From NCBI GenBank assembly GCA_002269645.1, contig NIVC01000725.1, forward strand, positions 1-64,000: a stretch of DNA of 64,000 nucleotides, read 5' to 3'. Under the pieces are notes generated by a model that saw only the letters and a list, made by a program, of their open reading frames with translations, made no database searches and was not told the DNA's origin. Origin of the DNA: Macrostomum lignano. Lineage: Eukaryota. The translations under genes were made by a program, and so were the position numbers. This document shows positions 31,132 through 43,555 of the stretch, piece after piece. The stretch's first letter is position 1. Each line of letters opens with the position of its first letter.

Positions 31132-32651
31132 ATGGCTTCTAACCGAAGTAACAAACCGGCTGTGGATGACACAGTGCCTCCGGCCTCGGCTGGGGCCGTG
31201 GACTCCTCGGCCATACCACCTGCTACCATCGGGGACGCCTCGGCGAGACCCGTGGAGCCAACTCTGAGCGGTGCCTCCGAGAAGACACCTGCTACTCCAG
31301 CTGCTAAGAAACGCAGCACCACCTCTGGAGCTGCCCGCCGTCGACTTAACAAGGCGAGGCGGGCCAAGGAGGGCGGAAGCCAAACCGGTGCCAGGGGCCA
31401 ACGGCCCGCGGCAGCGGAAGCTTCCCAGTCTGGGGCGGTGGCGGAAGAGGGCCTCGAGCCCACGGAAGCCCCTGCCCAGGATAGGGAGGCCGATGCAGCC
31501 GGGAGGGTGGACAGCCCACCTGAAGAAAGCTCCACTGACCCCCGGGCCTCCTACGCTGATGCGGCAAAGAGGCAACCGGCGGTTGTCATCCTGGGAAAGG
31601 ACGCGCGCCTGTCTCCCGATCAGCTGAAGCAGGTGAGAAGTGCCGTTGATGGCCTCCTGTGGAAGCAAACTCTGAAGGGCACGCCTCTGAACATTCATTC
31701 GAATGCGACGAGGGACTCGTGCCTTCTCATTTGGCCCAGTGATGCTGACTCGGGTCGGCGGCTCCTTGAGCTGCTGCCCGAGCAGAGCTGGGACCTCAAC
31801 CTAGCCTTCTGCAGAGAGGACGAGCGCCCCCGGACCAAGAGGCATCGAATCTGGGTCCCGGCCAGGAGCGTTGTTACCTCTGCTGACGAGCTCCGGAAAG
31901 GACTGCTAGCAGTCAACCGGGAGCTTCCCGCCGCGGGCCTAGTGGTGCATGACACCCTTAAGCGCACCGACGGCACTGGCTTCACAGCCATCCTGGGGCT
32001 GTCGGACGCCTGGATGAGGCGTTATCCACACGGCAGCTTCATCAACGTCGGCCTTTGGAAGCTGCGCATCCGCTCCTACGAGGCCGACCCTCCCCGTGGC
32101 AGTGAGCAGGGCGGGCGGGATGCGGAGGCGGCCGGGGCCGAGGCGCAAGCCTCTGCTCAGACTGCCAAAGCAAACCGCCCTGCCCGGCAGCACGGCCGCG
32201 CGGGCAAAGCTGAGCGCGCTGCTGAGGGCGGAGGCGACCGACGCCCGGCGCGTAGCACCAAGCGGCGCGGCCTGTACCAGCGTGCAGCTGAGGCAGTCCG
32301 TACCGCCAAAATCTCCCAGCTGAGGCGAGAGGTCGCCGGGACGCCTAGGCGCACCAGTTCGTCCAGGGAGGGTGGGGACGTCCCAGCTGGGCCCAACCCC
32401 TCGGGGCAGGGCCGACTGGAGACGGACCCGCCTGCCCAGGCGGCTGGCTGCTCCAGGGCATTGGGCCAATCTGAGGCGGAGGACCCCATGGATGGTGGGC
32501 AAAGGGCGGCGAACGCTGCCTACTGCCTTCCGGCCAATCGGGGCCTTTTGCTGAAGAAGAGCCCATGGACACCGGCGACCCCGACCCGAAGCCGGTGAGC
32601 GCCGAGGAGGAGGAGGAACTCCTGGCGGCTGCAACATCCGATCTGCAATGA
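31132..32651 (+). CDS. LINE ORF1 (gag-like nucleic-acid-binding protein), with a probable -1 frameshift near 32490-32547
   Basis: Called ORF 30937-32598; likely start MASNRSNK at 31132. It contains SYADAAK..VVI..LSPDQ..V and RIWVP, as recalled for LOA-type ORF1 (DUF4780-like). The -1 frame continues FAEEEPMDT...EEEEELLAAATSDLQ to a stop at 32649-32651. Confidence 0.72.
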
Positions 32652-35600
32652 TGCCAACGACTACCTGGTGTCTGCAGATCAACACCCAGCACTGCGTGGC
32701 GGCGTCGGTCAACCTGATGCGCACGGCAGAGCAACAGCTTCCGGGCCTGGTCTTCGTACAGGAGCCCTGGATGACTAAAGGTAAGCCAAATAATGTGCCA
32801 TCTGGCTACCACTGTTTTTGCATGGCGGGCTCTCAGCCTCGCCCAAGATCTCTGGTCTTTGCTGCAAAAGCTTTTGAGGCATGGATGAGACCTGATCTCT
32901 CGACTGGGGACATCTGTGTTGTTCAAATCAATAACCTCATTCCCAATAAACCTGTGCTGGTAGCTTCTGCCTATTTCCCGGGCGATGCCCCAGTTGTCTG
33001 CGACGCGTTAGTCAACCTTACTGACTATGCTGCGTCCCATCGGTTCGAGCTGCTCATTGCAGGGGATGTGAACGCACACCACCTGCATTGGGGCAGCAAG
33101 AACATCAATAGCAGAGGCGAGGAGCTGCTGGCCTATGTCAGCAGCACTAACCTCAACTTCTGTAACGTGGGCAATGCACCAACGTTCAATAATGGGCGGT
33201 GGGCCGAAGTCATCGACACCACCATCGCCTCACCCGGACTGCTTTCCGCAGTTACGGGCTGGCGAGTGTGGGACGAGGACTCGCTCTCGGACCACCGCTT
33301 TATCCGCTTTTGCATTGGGCCGACCAAGCAAAAGCCTAAGGTCACTTGGAGTCGGAACGTCAGAAACACCGATTGGGCCGCCTTTGGCTCGAAGCTGAGC
33401 CGCGGCCTTCGGGATCTTGACCCCCCAGTGACCTCTCTGACTGCCAGGTGGTGGACGATCTCGCCTCCTCCCTGGGCGGGGCGATCACCACTGCCTTTGA
33501 AGCAGCCTGCCCCCTAAAGGCCTATAAAGGCAAGAAATCTGCTCCCTGGTGGAACCCAGAGCTCGGGGCCCTTCGGCGCCGAGCCAGGACCCTCCAAAGG
33601 CGAGCGCTCAAAACCAAAGACCCATCTGACAGAGAGGCCTATACCCGTGCGATCCACGAGTTTAAGGGCCAAGTCAGAAGGGCCAAGACGGCCAAGTGGC
33701 GCCAATATTGCGAAGGGCTTGAGGGCTCTCGCCCCGTAGCCCGCGTGGTTAAGGCACTCACTAATGACCGTTTTTCTAAACTCTCTGTTGTGAAGAGACC
33801 TGACGGCTCGGTCACAGAGAGTTCGGAAGAGACTCTAGAGCTCATGCTCAACAGTTTTTTCCCTAAATCTCCGACTCAGCAGGGCCCGCCCGACCACACA
33901 GTGGGAGGGCAAGGCCTAGCAAAGTCTATGATCACCAAAGACCGCATTATTAGAGCGGCAAGGTCCTTTAACCCGTTCAAGGCGCCTGGGCCCGACGGCA
34001 TCTACCCAGCGTTCTTGCACGAGGCGGTGAAAAACCACCGCTTCCTGGACCTGCTCTGTCGTCTCCTTCGAGCTTGTATGGAGCTGGGCTATGTACCAGT
34101 TGCATGGAGAGAGGCCCGGGTGGTCTTTATCCCCAAGCCTGGAAAGAGCGACTACCAATCGGTGAAGGCCTTCAGGCCTATCAGCCTCACTTCTTTCTGC
34201 CTCAAGCTCCTCGAGAGACTGGTGCTTTGGCGCCTACTTTCGGTCGAGCTGAAGCGCTTCCCACTCTCGCAGAACCAGCACGCCTTCCGCGCGGGCAGGT
34301 CAACCGAGAGTGCTCTCCATGTCATTGTTGACTTCCTGGAGAGGGCCGTTCTTGGCAGCGGCTTTGCCCTCTCGCTTTTCCTGGACATTGAGGGGGCCTT
34401 CGACAACGTCATCTTCGAGGCCTTTTGCAGAGCCCTGGAATCCAGGGCCACGCACCCTCACCTTGTCCGGTGGATCATGTTCATGATCCGAAACCGCACT
34501 GTTGTGGCCCACCTGAGCGGCAGCTCTCTTTCGGTGCCTGTCCTGAAAGGGGGCCCCCAGGGCGGCGTTCTCACCCCCGTTCTCTGGAACATGGTCATGG
34601 ATGAGTTGCTTTGCAGTGATCTCCACGACCCCATTCTCAAGGTGGGCTATGCCGATGATGTGACCGCGATATGCGCGGGCCCCTCGGTTGATACCATCAG
34701 AGACCTTCTGCAGGGCTTTCTGGGACGAGCGGAGCGTTGGGCAGACCAATGTGGCCTTAGACTCTCAGAGTCGAAAACCACAGCAGTCATGTTTACCAAC
34801 AAACTGCTCTGGACCATTAAGCCCCTCACCCTCTATGGAAAGAATATTTCCATGGAGAAGCAGGTCCGCTGCCTGGGCCTCACTCTGGACCACAGGCTTA
34901 ACTGGACTCCGCACATTCAAACTAAAGCCAAAAAAGCCCTGGCTGTACTGGCTCAGATCAGGCGCGCCGTGGGCACCACCTGGGGGCTCACCCCCAGGAA
35001 GCTGTGGTGGATTTACACTGCCATCATCCGCCCCTCGATCAGTTACGCCAGCCTCGTGTGGGCTAGCGGCCTGAGCGTCAAGAGCAACCTCGACGCTCTC
35101 TACAAAATCCAGGGCAGAGCCTGCCGCATGACTATGGGCGCTCCACCCTCTACTCCTTTTGAAGGCATGAATGCCTTCCTCTGCGCCCCTCCTTTGGATA
35201 TTTATATCAAAGGAGAGGCGGCGAAGAGCACCCGGCGTCTTCTGGATGCTGGGGTGGCCTTCAAGAAAGTGCGGGCCTTTAAGAAGCGGTCGCTTATCCC
35301 GCACTCTGACCTCTGCCTCAAGGCTCTCGAGGAGTGTGGCGGGCTCAACATCCTCACGGACTCGATCCCAGCCACCCTTCTCCTGAGCCAAAGGTATAAG
35401 GTCACCATTCAGCCTCGACACGAGGCGAGTGACAGCTGGAGCGACTCTGAAGTCCACTGTTACACTGACGGCTCTATGAGGCATGGTCTTTCAGGCTTCG
35501 GAGCTTGCGTCTTCTTCAAGGGAGAAGTGGTGTGGAGCTACTCCCAGCACACTGGGCTCAACTCCAGTGTTTTTCAGAGCGAGGTGCTTGCCATCAGCTC

Positions 35601-36351
35601 CTGCGCGGCAGAGCTGCGCCGAAGGCAGCTTAGCGGCCGGAAATTTATTTTTCACTCTGACAGCCAAGCAGCCCTTCGGGCCCTCTGCCGCAGCACCGCC
35701 AGCTCCAGGTCCGTCCTGGACTGCAACACCCAGCTCAACGGGCTTGCGCTAGGCAACCAGGTGGAGCTCAGATGGATCCCGGGCCACGCCGGCTTCCTCG
35801 GCAACGAGCGCGCTGACCTGCTGGCCAAGGCTGGCTCCGCCGGCGCGCTATTGGGGCCGGGCCCGGGTGCCCCCATCCCCGCCTCGGTGATCAATTCCCG
35901 CGTTAAGCGCTGGGCTGACTCCGAGCATCTCCGCAGGTGGCACGACACCCGGAATTGTAGGCAATCCCGTGCTGCCGTCCCCTGTCCCTCTCCTCTCCTG
36001 CGTAGAGCCCTCCTCAGGCTCAACCGCAGAGACCTCAGAGCAGTTAGCATGGCCCTCTCCGGGCATGGCTGCTTCTCTCGCCACCGCTTCCTTCAGGGCC
36101 AAGTACCCGAGGAGCGGTGCCCCTTCTGCCGCTCAGGCAGTGAAAACGCCGAGCATTTTATCTGCCACTGCCCGGTTTTCACCAGGGCCAGGCTTACTCA
36201 CCTCGGGCCAAACCCGGTTCTCTCCGACGTTTGCAGGCCCGAGAGCATCCCACTGCTCGCCCGGTACCTCAGGGACACCGGACGAGCTGATTTCTTCCCC
36301 ACCGTCGGTGAGGAGGACCGCGCTGCAGGCGAGACCGACGGGTCCCCCTGA
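32648..36351 (+). CDS. LINE ORF2 (AP endonuclease + reverse transcriptase + RNase H + Cys/His motif), split by a -1 frameshift near 33445
   Basis: APE motifs: LQINTQH, VQEPW, GDVNAHH..WGS, PTF, IDTT, SDH. RT motifs: KAPGPDG, FRPISLTSF..K.LERL, FLDIEGAFDN, GGPQGGVLTP.LW, GYADD. RNase H motifs: YTDGS, FQSEV.AI, SDSQAAL, WIPGH.G..GNERAD. C-terminal CPFC..ENAEHFICHC. Confidence 0.95.
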
Positions 36352-36842
36352 GCGACACCACTTCAACGGAAGTCGATGGTCGCCAGGGGCTAGCGGAATG
36401 GGCGGTCTCCTCCGCCTCCTCGCTGCATCCGCCGGACGCCCCCTGCAGCTAAGTCAAAGTAAGTCAAGAAGTCTTAGCTTATAGTTCTACAACTGTGAAA
36501 AGGTTGCACTGTAACAAAAAATGAAGGCGAATTTTATAGCTTTTTTGTCTGTCAAAAGTGCTTTGACGTGAACAATATTTCCAAAATTAATCGGTGAAAA
36601 CTTTTCGCGTTCCAAAAAAGTTCAGTGTGAACTTTACTTAAGCTACGAATTCGTACCCTCATTTTGACAAGAAATGAAAATCAATAGCATTAAATAGAAG
36701 CGTCAAAAGAAACTACGTACGAAGTGAGTCGTACATAGGAACCGAGATGAGTGTTATGTAACAGCGTTCCTTAAATTTGTTCTTAAAATAGCCAGTCTTT
36801 TTAAAGTACATCTTGTCCCCGTCTAATCTAACAGTGTCCTTT

Positions 36843-39800
36843 TCAGAGCTGCTCCTCTTCAGCGAATGGCCACTCCAGAGGATTATCAGATTGGTACACC
36901 GTTCGCCTGACAGCTCGGCAGAACTGGCGCTTGCTCAGGGCCATCTCCTCCGCCGCCTGTTGCAGCTCCTTTTGCCGCCGTTGCTGCTGTGTAGTGGCGG
37001 TGGTGCCGTCGGAAGCGGCGGAGGCGGGCTGTTGAAGATCCACCCGGCTAAGTCTAATGAGTCGTAGCTGGATCAGATGTAGTCCGATGCGGATGTTGTG
37101 CAAGTCCGAGCTCACCTTGCTCTCTGCGTACATGTAGTTGTTGTAAATTTTTTAAGTTAGGAGAAATACATGTACATTTAGTAACTCATCGAACATCGGG
37201 CTCTTCTCTCATTGGCTAACAGGGGTAGGGGAAATAATGACTCATCGAACATCGGGCTCCTCTCTCATTGGCTAATAGGGGTAGGGGAAATAATGACTCA
37301 TCGAACATCGGGCTCCTCTCTCATTGGCTAACAGGGGTAGGAGAAATAATGACTCTTCGAACATAGGGCCCTTCTCTCATTGGCTAACAGAGGTAGGGGA
37401 AATAATGAGTAATGACTCATCGAACATCGGGCTCTTCCCTCATTGGCTAACAGGGGTAGGAGAAATAATGACTCTTCGAACATAGGGCCCTTCTCTCATT
37501 GGCTAACGGGCGTGGGCCAGTTAGTAGGGATTAGAGAAAAAGTGAACCATTGAACGCTAGGTGTTCTCTTATTGGCTGTAAACTATAAACTGACCTTGGT
37601 GACTGTGAATGTAGTCCAGCCTAGACTTGAGTCTCGGATTGGCGATGTTCAGCACCGTTGCCAGCCATCGCAGCAGCCGCACAGTCGGTGAGCACAAAAT
37701 CGACTTCAGCAGTCCCGGCGTTGCTTCGTCAGCGACATCGCCAAAATCATTGACATCTCGACTTCGACGCTTCGCCGATTCCTCGGCGTAGCACTGAATG
37801 ACGAGGGCGCTAAGAAACCGTACGACAAGAAGGCCAATTGCCGTCACAAAAACCGCCAATAGCAGGATCGCCAACGGCCAGCGGTTAAGATCGCGCCAAT
37901 GAGCGTGCTTTGCCTCGCCTGAGGGTACATTTTTGAAATGAAAACGAATGACTTATCCAGCGATACTTATCGCTGATTGGCTGTCACAAATAGAAGAAAA
38001 CGAATGACTTATGCAGCCATGCTTCTCTCTGATTGGCTGACACAGATAGAAGAGAATGAATGATTCATCCAGCAATGCTTATCGCTGATTGGCTGACACA
38101 AATAGAAGAAAATGAATGACTTATGCAGCCATGCTTCTCTCTGATTGGCTGACACAAATAGAAGAGAATGAATGATTCATCCAGCAATGCTTATCGCTGA
38201 TTGGCTCACGCAGATAGAAGAGAATGAATGATTCATCTAGCAATGTTTATCTCTGATTGGCTGACACATAAAAGAAAATAAGAAATGTCTTTTAGTGAGG
38301 CTCATATAGTGATTGGATACAGCTAAATATGGTTGTAGAATCAACAGTATGATCGGGTACTTTAGCAGCTCTGCAGTAGTTTAACAATTTCGTATACTTG
38401 TTGCTAATTAGCAGCTTAGCATGCTTAAATACTGTTGCAGATACTACAGCTCAGACTTACGAAGTGTAGTAACAATCAGGCTCTGCATCAGCGTTGCGAA
38501 ATTGTACCAACGTTCATGTCCAAACTCAGAGGCCAGGGCAGCCAGCAGGTACAGACAGGTGGCGAGGCACAGCAGGCAGAGGGCCGCAGCCAGCCCAGCA
38601 AGTTTGCCAACAACTCTTCCAACCACTGAGTAGAATTTGGCCAGCCTCTGATGCAGCAGCATTGCTTCCAGCAGTTGCAGAGTGCAAAGAAATGCTTGAA
38701 TGGCTAGTAGGCTGCTGAAGGCCTGAAGGAAGGATAAATTATCTATGAAATGAAATATTTGCAAAAGGGCTCTGGGCAACCTGGCGCAACGACTTCTGCG
38801 ACATCGTCCCACAACATCAGCGTTGATGACAGTTCTGCACATTCCGCTGACTCGGAGGCACGCGCTCACACAGGGTGTACAGCGGCCCTGACTTTCTAAT
38901 CGTCAGGCATGTACACTCACTGTGTCTTGGGGGCTGGCCCTCATAGCTGTGAATTGCATGACAACCGCACGACAACAAAATCATGGTCTCTTTACCAGAA
39001 GCTGTGGCGTTCTTCTGGAGAATTACTATACTGGATTCTGGCAAGCGAGCGAAAATTCCACTAAAGTTACCGGCACTTCCTACCTATTTAATGGATATTT
39101 CTTCATGTAAAAAAACTCAGTTGATGCAAATGCATTCTAAAAAACAACCAGATTTTATAGAACACGCACCAACTATTTTCCTTTGGCTCTATAGCCTTCT
39201 GTAGCTATTTTTTATTAGTGGCAGAAGAGGGACACAACTGGCAAGAGACAATATTCCCCATTCTGTTACGCAGCCATACGCACAAGCACACACACACACA
39301 CACAGGAGTGTACAGCGGCATTTATCGTTAGGCATGTACACTTCACGGTGTTAATTGCACGAGCAGAGTCAAGCCGGGATTCCCAATTTAGCTCCAACTT
39401 AATGTGACTGCACTTGGAATCCGCTGGGACATCAGAGCGACGTGCTGGACCACACCCAGGGTCGGCCCTCATGGCTGCTCAAACAGCAAAACAAACCCTT
39501 ACTGACCTCGCCAAACTCCGCCGTCGCCTTGACCGCGGCGAAGGCCTCCGCCGCCTGTCCCGCTGCCAGACGTCGCCTCGCGTCCAGCTCGCCGCTGCAG
39601 CGCAGCGTCAGCGCTACTCCGGACGCCAGGATGGCGCCGAAACACGTGGCCCGATGCCAAAGCCACCCGGCGCCAATCCGACCGTACAAATCGCTGAAGC
39701 GACGCGTTACCATGACAACAACAATGATGAGCGCGGCGCCCAGTAGCAGGCTGGCCAGTTCGAGAGTGAGAGCCGCCGCTGATCTGCCATCGCCCGGATA

Positions 39801-40584
39801 GTCCCTCACCGGGTGCAGCCACAGCCGCAGCCGGGACTGCCCGGTCGTCCCGGCAACCGGCAGCCGCAGCTGCATCTGGCAGGCTGCCAGCAGGCCGCAG
39901 CCAGTCTGGTAGAGCACAAACTCAACCGACAGACTGCGGGTCCTTAACAACGGAGCCCAGTTGGCCGATTCCAATGCGTCAATAGTTGCCATGGCTACCG
40001 TTGCATTGTGGCCTAATGATTGAATCTCCTTTTCTAAGTTTGCCGACAGAGTGCCGTCGGCGCTGCCTGGCGCCAGGCAAACGGCGCCAGGCGGATCTTG
40101 CAGAGCCTGCGGCAGTCCTGAAGGACACGGCGTGCCAGACGAGGGACTCAGCGCCAGGCTGATTGCCGGTTGTCCCGCTATGCGCAAGGCAACTCGTGAC
40201 TCGGGCGCGTAGAAGAGTCCCGGCACAAGGCGCGCGCGCGCCCAGCGCCAAAAACCGGCCACAGTCGAGTTGTAAGGTGCCGCGCCCGGTTCGAACAGTC
40301 GGTGGAGATGCCGGCGCAGCAGCAGCTGCTCGACGCCCCGGCGATCGGCGCAAGCGGCGGTCAGAACCAGCGCCAGATGCGCAACAGTTGTCAGAAACAG
40401 CGCCAAACGACGTTTCGCCGCTCGGCGCAGAGTCTGGCGCCGCTGCCAACTGCCGTAGCCGCTGGCCGCCGGTTCTGTCTCGTCTTTAATTAGTTGCCAT
40501 GGCAACCTGGCTAGGATGGCTGTTTGAAAGCGACAACGCCAGCTGTTGCTGTTCGACATCGGGGCAGTTGCTATGGCGACAGTT
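36843..40584 (-). CDS. PKD1-like polycystin, channel/TOP domain and C-terminus (5' part unresolved). Exons 39503-40584, 38461-38742, 37595-37918, 36843-37123
   Basis: Polycystin-channel motifs FWRWARARLVPGLF, LG..A...I..LE..NW....TRSLSVEFVLY, AFSSLLAIQAFLCTLQLL and an S6-like ILLLAVFVTAIGLLVVRFLSALVIQCYAE. The four exons join through GT-AG with consistent phase 1. Confidence 0.8.
37178..37505 (+). repeat. Intronic minisatellite, ~56-bp unit containing ATGACTCAT and CTCATTGGCT, ~6 copies
   Basis: Seen directly. Confidence 0.9.
37945..38270 (+). repeat. Intronic minisatellite, ~58-bp unit containing CTGATTGGCTGACAC, ~5-6 copies
   Basis: Seen directly. The unit is related to the 37.2 kb unit. 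Confidence 0.88.
38865..39365 (+). repeat. Two diverged copies of a ~90-bp dispersed repeat (CACAG..GTGTACAGCGG...TCGT.AGGCATGTACAC) at ~38865-38965 and ~39290-39365
   Basis: Visible local similarity. The second copy is preceded by (CA)n. Confidence 0.5.
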
Positions 40585-40611
40585 CTGAAAAATGTTTTCG
40601 GAGTTTCGGAA

Positions 40612-41250
40612 TTCACTGAGGTGTTTTGAAATTCACTGAGGTATTTTGGAATTCACTGAGGTGTTTTGAAATTCACTGAGGTGTTTTGGAATTCACTGAG
40701 GTATTTTGAAATTCACTGAGGTATTTTGGAATTCACTGAGGTGTTTTGGAATTCACTGAGGTGTTTTTGGAATTCACTGAGGTATTTTGGAATTCACTGA
40801 GGTGTTTTGGAATTCACTGAGGTGTTTTGAAATTCACTGAGGTATTTTGGAATTCACTGAGGTATTTTGGAATTCACTGAGGTGTTTTGGAATTCACTGA
40901 GGTGGTTTGAAATTCACTGAGGTGTTTTGGAATTCACTGAGGTGTTTTGGAATTCACTGAGGTGTTTTGAAATTCAATGAGGTGTTTTGGAATTCAATGA
41001 GGTGTTTTGGAATTCACTGAGGTGTTTTGGAATTCAATGAGGTGTTTTGGAATTCACTGAGGTGTTTTGGAATTCACTGAGGTGTTCTTGGAATTCACTG
41101 AGGTGTTTTGGAATTCACTGAGGTGTTCTTGGAATTCACTGAGGGTGTTTTGGAATTCACTGAGGTGTTCTTGGAATTCACTGAGGTGTTTGGAATTCAC
41201 TGAGGTAATTTGAAGTTCACTGAGGTAATCAAAAATTCACTGGGGTGATT
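40612..41250 (+). repeat. Minisatellite, 20-bp unit GGAATTCACTGAGGTGTTTT, ~31 copies
   Basis: Seen directly. Confidence 0.96.
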
Positions 41251-41544
41251 TGAAATTGCAGGTCTCCAAGTTTTTCGCAACAGTACGTCTATTTATGCTG
41301 TTAAGAACGTCTTACCTGAGTTCGGAATTAATTGGCTTTCAATACGTATATATATTTCAGATTGTTTTTGAAACAGATTTAACAAAGCGTCAATATATCC
41401 AACCCGAAATTGTGTGAGCAATTCAAGCTTCTGTGAATGAGCCGACTAAGCAGATTTGTGTTTGAGACAATGGGCCTGCTCAACACTGAAATAGTGCTCA
41501 GCTCAGCAAAAGTCGCCATATGAAGCTCCGTTCGGCTGGAACGG

Positions 41545-41849
41545 TTCACTGCTGAGAAAAAACTTGGCCTGCTTTGCGATTATTGGATGCTGCGCCAGCC
41601 GGCTCTCTGCAGCCTCTGAGTGACTCTCAAAATAGGGAGAAAAAATCTGCAACAATAGATGCTATGGGTTGCGTTGCCATGGAGACCAAAGCGTGCCTGC
41701 CAGAAGCGTTAGATGATTTGTGGGGGGCGCCACTTTTTTTAGATTTTTTCACCTTGGAATCTTCGATGGAAAGCACTGAGTGCTGAGAGTGGGGACGACT
41801 GGGAGGGGTGACTGAGGCAGGAGGGAGCCCGGTCAGACAGGTACGCTGG
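41545..41849 (-). CDS. Possible upstream exon of the PKD1-like gene (hydrophobic ALVSMATQPIASIVADFF), frame apparently broken
   Basis: A (TGTC)n-TCTCCAG acceptor at ~41850 is followed by a helix with a QP motif reminiscent of PKD1-like TM segments. A stop follows unless there is a homopolymer indel. Confidence 0.3.
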
Positions 41850-42003
<154 letters not shown>

Positions 42004-42819
42004 CAATGGCAGAGATAATTAAGGGCACCTTAGCTGGACAACTAATTCACTTTCTGACTATCATTTATTTAATCTCATACTTTCAGCTAACTTCCACGAT
42101 GTTGGACTGTCGTATGCCTTAGAAACAAAACTAAAGCGTGAAAAAATACCAGTGCGGCGGAAACACCTGTATAGTTGTGTTGTCGTATCACCTCTCGCTC
42201 ACCTGTCCATCTATAAGTATCAAATCTTTTACATTGCTCTCGAAAGCTAGAAAAAACATACCTTTAGTATATGATGAAAATTTTTTAGCTAAGCAAGCGC
42301 GTGTGGAGCATGAGCTTCCATTGTTTAAAACTTTTCGGGTTTTTTGAAACGATGCATGCATCAGCGCTGCAGGGCAGGGGGCGGGGGGCTCTGAACCGCG
42401 GAGTCTGGAGTGACAACTCCGAGAGACAACCATAGGCTGAAAAGCTTAACTAAAAAAGCTTCAGGTAGCCTATACAGTTGTCAGTTCAAGTCTCTGGTTC
42501 CTGGTCCCCTTGACTAAAGTTACCCCCAGACTTTGTCTCCATCTTGCTGTGCATTGTTTAGCTGGCAGTATGCTTGGCAAATACTTGCAGTTCAACTTCT
42601 AGCCTTTACGAGTAGCTAGTCTAGAGCGTCTTGTCGAGACAATGACTTTCATGGCCTTGCCATTCTTTAACTTTAAAGGCTGAGAATAGGAAGGAGTTTT
42701 TTCACTTCTTCAAAGTTTAACTGAAGGGTTGCTAAGCTACCTACAGCCTGAGCGGGTTGAAGGAAACTTTAAAGGAGGGTGGATTTGGGTATGTAGACAG
42801 TCTTGCAAGCAGAGATGGC

Positions 42820-43555
42820 ATTGTTAGGAAGAGATGGCACTCTTAGGAGAAGATGGCACTCTTAGGAAGAGATGGCACTCTTAGGAAGAGATGGCACTCC
42901 TAGGAAGAAAGGGCACTCTTAGGAGAAAATGGCACTCTTAGGAAGAGATGGCACTCCTAGGAAGAAATGGTACTCTTGGGAAGAGATGGCACTCTTAGGA
43001 AGAGATGGCACTCTTGGGAAGAGATGGCACTCTTAGGAAGAGATGGCACTCTTAGGAAGAGATGGCCCTCCTAGGAATAAATGGCACTCTTAGGAGAAGA
43101 TGGCACTCTTAGGAAGAGATGGCACTCTTAGGAAGAGATGGCACTCTTGGGAAGAGATGGCACTCTTGGGAGAAGATGGCACTCTTAGGAAGAGATGGCA
43201 CTCTTAGGAAGAGATGGCACTCTTGGGAAGAGATGGCACTCTTAGGAAGAGATGGCACTCTTGGGAAGAGATGGCACTCTTAGGAAGAGATGGCACTCTT
43301 GGGAAGAGATGGCACTCTTGGGAAGAGATGGCACTCTTAGGAGAAGATGGCACTCTTAGGAAGAGATGGCACTCTTAGGAAGAGATGGCACTCTTGGGAA
43401 GAGATGGCACTCTTGGGAAGAGAATGCACTCTTAGGAAGAGATGGCACTCTTAGGAAGAGATGGCACTCTTAGGAAGAGATGGCACTCTTAGGAAGAGAT
43501 GGCCCTCCTAGGAAGAAATGGCACTCTTAGGAAGAGATGGCACTCTTAGGGAGAG
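42820..43555 (+). repeat. Minisatellite, 19-bp unit TAGGAAGAGATGGCACTCT, ~38 copies
   Basis: Seen directly. Confidence 0.95.

Larger units (their letters stand above)
30657..36465 (+). mobile_element. Full-length non-LTR retrotransposon, I-group LOA/Lian-like (ORF1; APE-RT-RNase H-CCHC), with a 13-bp target-site duplication AAGAAGTCTTAGC
   Basis: Identical 13-mers at 30644-30656 and 36466-36478 flank a GC-rich 5.8 kb block. The 3' tail is short AAGT/AAGTC repeats. The domain motifs are listed under the ORF features. Confidence 0.95.

Noticed and set aside
30934-36484. Many overlapping antisense and alternate-frame ORFs within the LINE
   Set aside because: Expected in GC-rich coding DNA; no recognisable motifs.
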